From a virus (taxonomy: Duplodnaviria; Caudoviricetes), in IMG/VR virus record IMGVR_UViG_3300044535_000273, positions 1-29,862 of that record: a DNA stretch of 29,862 nucleotides; one strand, given 5' to 3'. Below, one piece after another: positions 24,618-29,862 of the stretch. Position 1 is the stretch's first letter, and each line of letters starts with the position of its first letter. The position numbers and the translations under genes are program-made. The notes beneath the pieces are model-generated. The model was given only the letters and a program-made list of their open reading frames with translations. It was not told the DNA's origin and did no database searches.

Positions 24618-24747
24618 CGACTCTCTCCTCGGTTGTGAATCTGTGGCCGTTGCCACATTCTTTTCTTCTGACAACAATTCCGTCCGTCTTCCGGGTACGG
24701 GTCTCCAGAACGTCAAAGACCTTTGTCCCGCATTCGGGGCATCTCAC
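24577..24747 (-). CDS. 56-aa NrdR-like zinc-ribbon protein (not in ORF track)
   Basis: Manual translation: MRCPECGTKVFDVLETRTRKTDGIVVRRKECGNGHRFTTEERVVVSKPKAIRSSER. This matches the NrdR N-terminal pattern CP-x-C...RRREC...RFTT-x-E. GTGA overlap with the upstream stop. Confidence 0.85.
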   Translation of the reverse strand: MRCPECGTKVFDVLETRTRKTDGIVVRRKECGNGHRFTTEERVVVSKPKAIRSSER

Positions 24748-24932
24748 CTCAGCTTCTCAAGCTGCGCGACCACCTCATCGGCTGCAAATGGAATCCTGCC
24801 CAGCGATTTAAACATGTCGATGGCATCCTCCACCGCAGCTTTGTACCCCGTCCTCCAAACCAACTCCGACCAACCTTCATCGTTTTCGATGGATTCTTTC
24901 CCTAGAAACTCCTGCATCTTGTTTGTGTTCAT
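24744..24932 (-). CDS. Hypothetical protein, 62 aa
   Basis: ATG 24932 forms an ATGA overlap with the upstream stop. Helical sequence. Confidence 0.65.
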   Translation of the reverse strand: MNTNKMQEFLGKESIENDEGWSELVWRTGYKAAVEDAIDMFKSLGRIPFAADEVVAQLEKLR

Positions 24933-25252
24933 TTTTTCTTCCACAAAACTTTGGGTGATCCGTTGGATGACTTGGCAGCGCCAAAGCCAGCGGAGATTGT
25001 CAGGCCGTCACGCTGGCAGCGCTTGGCTATGTGCCCCCAAGCTCTACCGTCCGGAGGGCTGGGAAGGCCATGGGACTCAGCAAACACCCGAGCCTCCTCG
25101 GTGAGGAAGGGAGACTGTGCCTTTGCTGCGTATTCAGCAAACAAGGCCACAGCCTTTAATGTCCAGTCATCGATCTCGCGGTCGGCTCGTTCAGCCGATG
25201 CCTGTGCGGCGGCGTGACCCTTCTCTGATGCGCTAAACAAATCTTCTTGCAT
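24929..25252 (-). CDS. Conserved phage protein, possible winged-helix DNA-binding protein
   Basis: AAGGA RBS before ATG 25252 (MQEDLF). PP-x-x-RAWG...R-x-G...S-x-x-x-P-x-x-x-W motif. Confidence 0.65.
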   Translation of the reverse strand: MQEDLFSASEKGHAAAQASAERADREIDDWTLKAVALFAEYAAKAQSPFLTEEARVFAESHGLPSPPDGRAWGHIAKRCQRDGLTISAGFGAAKSSNGSPKVLWKKK

Positions 25253-25263
25253 GATGAATCCTT

Positions 25264-25458
25264 TCAAAGTTCGTGCTTGTTTAAATATGGCTTGATTTGT
25301 GGCGTGGCTCTGGAGTAGATGCCAAACGCTTTGTAGTCGGTGCTTGCTGCAACACCCTTGGCCCGGAAGGACTGGTCTTGCAGAAAGATGCTCGGCTGCT
25401 TGTTGTGAGCCCAGTGGAAGGGCGAGTCGGGGTGGCAGTTGCAAGTTTGTTTTTTCAT
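25264..25458 (-). CDS. Hypothetical protein, 64 aa, with N-terminal C-x-CHP
   Basis: AGGAG RBS and ATGA overlap. Confidence 0.65.
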   Translation of the reverse strand: MKKQTCNCHPDSPFHWAHNKQPSIFLQDQSFRAKGVAASTDYKAFGIYSRATPQIKPYLNKHEL

Positions 25459-25844
25459 AGTGATCTCCTTATTTCTCTGATCTTGTCGCGTGTCATCGCC
25501 ATGTTGAACACACTGTTCATTCTGAATTGAGCGTTGCGGTTGGTCTCACTGCGCCTTCGGTTCTCGCGCAGGCTGGGCTTAGGCTTTGGTTTATCGGGCA
25601 AGTCTCCAAGCATGAACACCGGCCTTGGGTAACGCCTCGCATCGTCATGTGAGTATGTCCAGTCGGCAATGTGTATGCGCTTCTCGCCAGCCTTTGTTCT
25701 CTTGTTCATTCGGTTCAGCACCGCATGTGCGTCATACCGATGGATGTCTGCATAGTCGGCAAATTCTTGCGCGGTCAAGCGTTTAAACTCTGCGAGCGCC
25801 TCTAGTGCCTTGATGACGTTCGGTCCCGTGTTGGTTGTGGTCAT
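25455..25844 (-). CDS. Putative winged-HTH DNA-binding protein
   Basis: LTAQEFADYADIHRYDAHAVLNRM (HTH-like), then HI-x-x-W...PVF-x-LG and a basic tail. AAGGG RBS and ATGA overlap. Confidence 0.65.
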   Translation of the reverse strand: MTTTNTGPNVIKALEALAEFKRLTAQEFADYADIHRYDAHAVLNRMNKRTKAGEKRIHIADWTYSHDDARRYPRPVFMLGDLPDKPKPKPSLRENRRRSETNRNAQFRMNSVFNMAMTRDKIREIRRSL

Positions 25845-26029
25845 TGCGCACCCTTCTCAAGGTGATCAACTGCAATACAACCACGGGTGCGACAACCCTC
25901 ATCCATGTGCGGAAGGTAGTTGTCCAGCGCCTCGTATATCTTGTGTCTGAGCATGGTGGGCGCACCGTGGTACAAGATGGCCAAGTTCATCAGCGTCTCG
26001 ACCAGCGGCTTGGCTTGTTCGTATCTCAC
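25841..26029 (-). CDS. Hypothetical protein, 62 aa
   Basis: GTG 26029 with AAGGAG upstream (MRYEQAKPLVETL...). GTGA overlap. Confidence 0.65.
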   Translation of the reverse strand: MRYEQAKPLVETLMNLAILYHGAPTMLRHKIYEALDNYLPHMDEGCRTRGCIAVDHLEKGAQ

Positions 26030-26181
26030 GGCTTCTCCTTCAAAACAATTTTCTCCAACTTCTCCACAGCAAGACACAGGTCTTCGTGCAGGTATTCGGG
26101 CAGGTCCGTCTTGGCGCTGAACGCCCACGACTCCATCGCGGACAGCAGCTTGATCAGTTTGAGTGCGTCTTCTTTGGTCAT
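26026..26181 (-). CDS. Hypothetical protein, 51 aa (not in ORF track)
   Basis: Manual translation: MTKEDALKLIKLLSAMESWAFSAKTDLPEYLHEDLCLAVEKLEKIVLKEKP. GAGGA RBS, with 4-nt overlaps at both ends. Confidence 0.75.
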   Translation of the reverse strand: MTKEDALKLIKLLSAMESWAFSAKTDLPEYLHEDLCLAVEKLEKIVLKEKP

Positions 26182-26456
26182 CGTCCTCTCCTTGCGACCC
26201 AGCCGGTCGGCTCGTCATCGCCTGTTTTCAGTTTCATGAATTCCTCGACAGCTAAGTCCCTGTCCTCGAAGCAGAAGCGCTTACCCCAGCCATTCAGATC
26301 AAGGTCGATGTAAATGGCGCGGGTGAACATCAGTTCACCAATGCCGATGATGGTTCCATCCATTAGGTAGGCCAGAAGGCTGTAGCTGCCACCGCCAAGC
26401 TCTTTAATGCGCTTGAGCAGGTCTTGGTCAAGGGCCATGTCTATCGTGTCTCTCAT
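26178..26456 (-). CDS. Hypothetical phage protein, 92 aa
   Basis: GGGAG RBS and ATGA overlap. Motif L-x-FT-x-AI...RFCF...EP-x-GW. Confidence 0.7.
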   Translation of the reverse strand: MRDTIDMALDQDLLKRIKELGGGSYSLLAYLMDGTIIGIGELMFTRAIYIDLDLNGWGKRFCFEDRDLAVEEFMKLKTGDDEPTGWVARRGR

Positions 26457-26698
26457 GTGATCTCCCTTGCGTTAATTCCAGCCAACAGGCCGTCGATGGT
26501 GTCAAATTCTTCCCCGGTGTCCAGCAGCTTGAAGGTGGTCTTGCCTTTGCCCCACTCGCCAGTCTTCTTGTTGCGGGGCGTGTAAACCTGCTTGGCAATC
26601 AGGTTGTCATCGCTGATGTACTGGCGCAGGGCGTAGCTCTCGACGCTGTAACCAAAGGTGTATTGCAGCGGGATGGCTGCGAGTTCTTCGCGGGTCAT
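26453..26698 (-). CDS. Hypothetical protein, 81 aa
   Basis: ATG 26698 (MTREELAAIP) forms an ATGA overlap with the upstream stop. Confidence 0.7.
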   Translation of the reverse strand: MTREELAAIPLQYTFGYSVESYALRQYISDDNLIAKQVYTPRNKKTGEWGKGKTTFKLLDTGEEFDTIDGLLAGINAREIT

Positions 26699-26988
26699 GT
26701 GTTTGCCTTTGCACGGATAGCTAATGCTCGGTTCTTGTAATCCTGCACCTGATCGGGCAAGTCCCATTTTTGCTGCAAATACTCGCTGGCGTACATTCCC
26801 CAATCTTCAATGTCAGCAGCAGCCTCATCAAGCCAGTCGGCGTATTGCTGGCGCTCTTTGTTGAAAGCCTCACGCTCATCAGCACGGACAAGGGCAACAA
26901 GCTGCTCCAGCCGGTCAAACGGTGCGCCAGACCATTCCGTGTGTGCGCCGTAGACTTCACGGGCCATGTCTATCGTAGATTTATTCAT
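26695..26988 (-). CDS. Hypothetical mosaic protein (TIDMARE...LV-x-LVRADERE...AIRA type)
   Basis: ATG 26988 after AAAGG. Shares its N-terminal scaffold with the 27868-28911 gene. Confidence 0.7.
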   Translation of the reverse strand: MNKSTIDMAREVYGAHTEWSGAPFDRLEQLVALVRADEREAFNKERQQYADWLDEAAADIEDWGMYASEYLQQKWDLPDQVQDYKNRALAIRAKANT

Positions 26989-27292
26989 TTGCGTAGTACC
27001 TTTCATCGCCTTGGCAATAGTCATCTTTTGATGCTTTTATTTTTTTAGGTTGAAGTCTTGCACGCTCTGCCTTGCGCTCCTCCTCCAGCCGCCCTGCAAA
27101 GCTCCGTGCAACCAAGTCGATGAAGACCTTGGCGCTTTCTTCTGCGTCACCTGTGAACACCAGTGCAGGGCCGTTGAAGTCCAACTTGCCGATCTCTTGG
27201 CCGTTGTTGCAAAAGCAGATGTTGTAGTCGGGCTTGATGCTGAAGGTCCCCACCTGCCCGGTTGGCTTGAAGCTGTAATTGATTTCATCCAT
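26981..27292 (-). CDS. Hypothetical phage protein, 103 aa
   Basis: AAGGAG RBS. Motif IG-x-LD...L-x-F-x-GDAEESAKVF. Confidence 0.7.
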   Translation of the reverse strand: MDEINYSFKPTGQVGTFSIKPDYNICFCNNGQEIGKLDFNGPALVFTGDAEESAKVFIDLVARSFAGRLEEERKAERARLQPKKIKASKDDYCQGDERYYANE

Positions 27293-27866
27293 TGTTCTTC
27301 TCCTTGAGTTTGGCTTCGATGGCTCGGGCGATTCTCAGAACATCTTTTTTTATGCTTCGCAACGTATCGCCATCACCGACTCCGCAGTCCCACGGGTCAT
27401 TCAAACAGTCGTAGATACCGCCGGGCACAGCCTTGATGATTTCCTCATCCGTCAGCCCAACAAAAGGCCGCTGTGCAAGGCCGTAAAAGTGCTCTGCCAG
27501 TTCACGGGCCTTGTGCTTGTTGACACCCTCTCGGACGAGATTCGCCGTGACCATCTCCATCCATGATGCGGGTGGGGTGGTTGTAACTTTCGGTGTAGCC
27601 ATCAGCTTGTTGCCGACCCATTCGACAAGGCCGACTTCAAACGCCACAGGCTGCACAGGCTCATAGTCCAGCCCCAACTCTCTGGCGTTCTCTGCCATCT
27701 TGTCGAGGGCAAGGTCTTGCTTTATGGCTATGATGGCTTCGCAAACTTGCTCATACGGGTTTTGTTCCGATGACCGATAGCCGAAAGTGTTGCCAAAACT
27801 TGCCATTCGCTTCAAAGCTGACAAAGCCTGCTCCAGCTTTGCTTTTTCAATTGTGATGTGTGTCAT
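27285..27866 (-). CDS. Mosaic hypothetical protein, 193 aa
   Basis: AAGGA RBS. Scaffold QAL-x-AL...EPVQPVA...TTPPA...GLTDEEI...ARAIEAKLKEKN, typical of variable early phage proteins. Confidence 0.75.
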   Translation of the reverse strand: MTHITIEKAKLEQALSALKRMASFGNTFGYRSSEQNPYEQVCEAIIAIKQDLALDKMAENARELGLDYEPVQPVAFEVGLVEWVGNKLMATPKVTTTPPASWMEMVTANLVREGVNKHKARELAEHFYGLAQRPFVGLTDEEIIKAVPGGIYDCLNDPWDCGVGDGDTLRSIKKDVLRIARAIEAKLKEKNNG

Positions 27867-27867
27867 G

Positions 27868-28911
27868 TCAGTTTCCTTTCGTGATGCCGTGGGCGGTTTC
27901 GATGGAACGGGTAATACGGCGTTTTACCGATGCGCTTGCATTGTGTTCGCCATCGGCAACTGCCCATGCTTTGCCAATCAGCTCATCCTTCAGCGGCACA
28001 GGAGCTGCGGTTTTGAGTCGGTCTATTGCAAGATACGGGTTGTCACCCCACTTGCAGCCGAGGGCATCATGCAAATCTAAGCAAACCTGAGCCATCGCAT
28101 AGGCTTGCGCTACGTTAATCGGCTCTTGCTGTGCTGGCTGTGCTGCGGGTTCCATCACGCATTCAACGCACGAACAATAGCCCGTTCCACAGTTAGGTGG
28201 GCGTTTCTGCACAGGTGCTGCGGGTGGGGTGGCAGCAAGAGCATCCTCCCAAATTTCGGATGCCTTCAGGTTTCTGGCTTTACCAATGGCATCTTCAATT
28301 TCACGGGTTGCCACAACAGGAACAAGTTTCCAACCTTTCTGCACAGGTGCTGCTCCCAGTGGCGGTTTCCATTTCTCGCCACCATGGTAGGTGTAGCCAA
28401 GAAACTTCAGCGTATCAATCGCCGCCATCGCTTCCTGCACAGTAGGTGCTGAGGGTGGTGTGGTGTCAAGCGTGTAGGTCTGCTCAAAGATCGCCCGACC
28501 GATTGGGTACTCCTCGCCCGATACACCGCGCATGATGAGGTCATCAGGCTTAACGGGTGTGATGCCTTCGCGGGTGCTTACATGTGACTCGCCGGGGCGC
28601 TGCTGGCGAACATGCACCACTACTGGCAGCTTCATGCAGGGTGTCCAATCATCTCCCACAGGCCGCACCCACACACCTTTTGCTACGGCGATGCAGTCGT
28701 CAGAATCAAGCATGTAGTCGCCCTCGGTGACGCAGTAGTCGTCCTCTTCTTTGATTGCTTGGCAGATGCGCTCACGCTCTGCCTCACGCTCATCAGCGCG
28801 GACAAGATTGGCAAAGGCTTCAAGGTCTTCGCGGCGCTCAAACGTGTGGTAGCTCCCATCTAAGGGAAATACAGCACCTGCTCTACGCGCCATCTCAACT
28901 ACGTCTCTCAT
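27868..28911 (-). CDS. Mosaic protein, 347 aa, with a PGDYG-like domain and several micro-modules
   Basis: GAGGAG RBS before ATG 28911. T-x-EG...DD-x-I-x-x-GV-x-GE-x-YP...IF-x-x-TY. Also GWKLVP...T and CG-x-x-x-CSC-x-x-C modules separated by AAPVQ linkers. Confidence 0.75.
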   Translation of the reverse strand: MRDVVEMARRAGAVFPLDGSYHTFERREDLEAFANLVRADEREAERERICQAIKEEDDYCVTEGDYMLDSDDCIAVAKGVWVRPVGDDWTPCMKLPVVVHVRQQRPGESHVSTREGITPVKPDDLIMRGVSGEEYPIGRAIFEQTYTLDTTPPSAPTVQEAMAAIDTLKFLGYTYHGGEKWKPPLGAAPVQKGWKLVPVVATREIEDAIGKARNLKASEIWEDALAATPPAAPVQKRPPNCGTGYCSCVECVMEPAAQPAQQEPINVAQAYAMAQVCLDLHDALGCKWGDNPYLAIDRLKTAAPVPLKDELIGKAWAVADGEHNASASVKRRITRSIETAHGITKGN

Positions 28912-29018
28912 AAACAACTCCTCAATGTCAACAGCCCCAGCATCAGCACGATGAAGGCCCACAGTATCCAGATCAACTGCCCGTCAGCCGGGGTTGGCTT
29001 GTCTTCGTCTTCGGTCAT
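28908..29018 (-). CDS. 36-aa single-pass membrane peptide (not in ORF track)
   Basis: Manual translation: MTEDEDKPTPADGQLIWILWAFIVLMLGLLTLRSCL. ATGA overlaps at both ends. Confidence 0.7.
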   Translation of the reverse strand: MTEDEDKPTPADGQLIWILWAFIVLMLGLLTLRSCL

Positions 29019-29269
29019 GCTTCCCCCGCTTTCAGCATGGCGTCTGCCATTGCGTAAGAGGCAAAAGCGTAGGTCAGATTGGTCGTTTCATTGTTCTCGC
29101 CAAAAGCCGTTCCATGTGGCGCTGTACGGATCAATGACTGCATCGCCTTGGCCGCAAAGTAGTCGCGCAGGGTCATGCCGTTGTGTAACGACTGCACTGC
29201 ATCTTCTGGGGTTGATGGGTCAATCAAACCTGACGGAAACGCTGGCCCACCTGTGTTTGTGTTGCTCAT
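29015..29269 (-). CDS. Conserved phage protein of the GGPAFP / GMTLRDYFAAKAM family, function unknown
   Basis: GGPAFP...GMTLRDYFAAKAMQ...Y-x-MADAMLKA. Confidence 0.85.
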   Translation of the reverse strand: MSNTNTGGPAFPSGLIDPSTPEDAVQSLHNGMTLRDYFAAKAMQSLIRTAPHGTAFGENNETTNLTYAFASYAMADAMLKAGEA

Positions 29270-29499
29270 TTCTTCATCCTTTCTTCAAACAGGCGCAGCA
29301 CCATCTCGCGGAACAGCAAACCGCTTTGGCTGTGCCTATAGGCGTTGAACAGGTGGCTGTCTTCCATGTCTTTGATGGCAATCTGTCGCCTGTCCTTTGT
29401 TGTCCACATCTCGGTGCGGAAATGGAGGCTTGCTTGGCGTTTCTCCCATGCTTGCTCGGCAAGAGCGATGTCGCCAGCAATTTCATCGTAGGTGCTCAT
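29266..29499 (-). CDS. Hypothetical phage protein, 77 aa
   Basis: GAGGA RBS before ATG 29499. Motif W-x-TKD-x-R-x-I-x-I-x-DM-x-x-x-HL-x-N. Confidence 0.7.
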   Translation of the reverse strand: MSTYDEIAGDIALAEQAWEKRQASLHFRTEMWTTKDRRQIAIKDMEDSHLFNAYRHSQSGLLFREMVLRLFEERMKK

Positions 29500-29588
29500 T
29501 TGATAATCCTCATGAACGCGCCGCACCGGGCGCATTTGTAAATGGGTTGGCCCGTGACGGGCTCCCAGCGGTGTTGGCAGTCGCTCAT
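29496..29588 (-). CDS. 30-aa zinc-finger micro-protein (not in ORF track)
   Basis: Manual translation: MSDCQHRWEPVTGQPIYKCARCGAFMRIIK (C-x-H...C-x-x-C). AGGAG RBS and ATGA overlaps at both ends. Confidence 0.7.
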   Translation of the reverse strand: MSDCQHRWEPVTGQPIYKCARCGAFMRIIK

Positions 29589-29791
29589 TCAACTTCTCCT
29601 GTTGTTTTCAAGACGTACTCGGTGACCTCATGCACATACTTCAGCGCCTCTTCGAGGTCTGACTTATGTGTGAACTTGCGATCCAAGCTGCGCCTGATCT
29701 CCTGCAAAGCCTTGAACGCCTCGTCTGCATGGATCGCCCTGCGGCACTTGTCAGTGTCCTGCGGGTAGTTGAACTCGAGCACGGCTTTCAT
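29585..29791 (-). CDS. Hypothetical phage protein, 68 aa (MKA-x-LEF-x-x-P-x-D type)
   Basis: GGAG RBS before ATG 29791. Confidence 0.7.
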   Translation of the reverse strand: MKAVLEFNYPQDTDKCRRAIHADEAFKALQEIRRSLDRKFTHKSDLEEALKYVHEVTEYVLKTTGEVE

Positions 29792-29861
29792 AGGCTTCTC
29801 CATTTAAACGCAGAAGCAATCTAGCCTTGCGCCATGTTCTTGTTACGTCTGTCTTCGACGG
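29751..29861 (-). CDS. 3' end of a hypothetical protein truncated by the window edge
   Basis: Open frame PSKTDVTRTWRKARLLLRLNGEAYESRARVQLPAGH*. TDV-x-x-TW-R is a recurrent motif in small phage proteins. Confidence 0.45.
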   Translation of the reverse strand, partial: PSKTDVTRTWRKARLLLRLNGEAYESRARVQLPAGH

Positions 29862-29862
29862 G

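Larger units (their letters stand above)
2292..25788. repeat. Dispersed 8-bp palindrome GTTTAAAC, 11 exact copies found by eye
   Basis: Copies start at 2292, 11792, 13966, 17521, 17628, 18421, 21061, 22242, 22689, 23071 and 25781. All are inside CDSs. Confidence 0.9.

Noticed and set aside
24618-24716. N-terminal extensions given by the ORF track (also 25253-25444, 26030-26218, 26699-26803, 28912-28962, 29500-29592, 3178-3192)
   Set aside because: Downstream starts have better RBSs or stop/start overlaps, and the extensions overlap other supported genes.
26981-27075. Similarity of AERARL...KDDYC to AERERI...EDDYC in the 347-aa gene
   Set aside because: The match is too short and degenerate to distinguish from chance by eye.
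26432-28806. Short direct repeats considered as a CRISPR array or att sites
   Set aside because: They occur as pairs of different sequences with irregular spacing, all in-frame within CDSs. No cas or integrase gene is present.
1-29862. Alternative genetic code, tRNA or rRNA genes
   Set aside because: Genes tile densely under the standard code and there is no intergenic space for structured RNA genes.

Overview
This is a gene-dense 29.9 kb fragment of a tailed dsDNA phage (GC about 55-60% by eye). It has a podovirus-like virion module. A Gram-negative host is likely, possibly a freshwater betaproteobacterium, which is inference only. The + strand (1-24346) is one late operon: tail fibre and glycine-rich proteins; a five-gene envelope/lysis block (lipoprotein, 35-aa membrane peptide, T4 T-like holin, 3TM holin, GH24 lysozyme); a tail/DNA-stabilisation protein; three probable ejected internal virion proteins; and a 2809-aa polyvalent protein (zincin, HhH-glycosylase-like, HDxxGH domain, two ART-like domains, LPD38). 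The - strand (24327-29862) is a translationally coupled chain of about 19 small early-type genes, several below the ORF-track cutoff. The main leads are: (1) the palindrome GTTTAAAC is strongly enriched and written into coding sequence through synonymous codons; (2) cargo domains of the giant protein are delimited by [KR][LFY]S[LI] linkers, and one linker holds a nested +1-frame ORF; (3) a T-type GAF holin sits beside a second holin; (4) mosaic early proteins are joined at short conserved DNA linkers. All family assignments come from motif recognition by eye, with no database search. No integrase, RT, CRISPR or RNA gene was seen.
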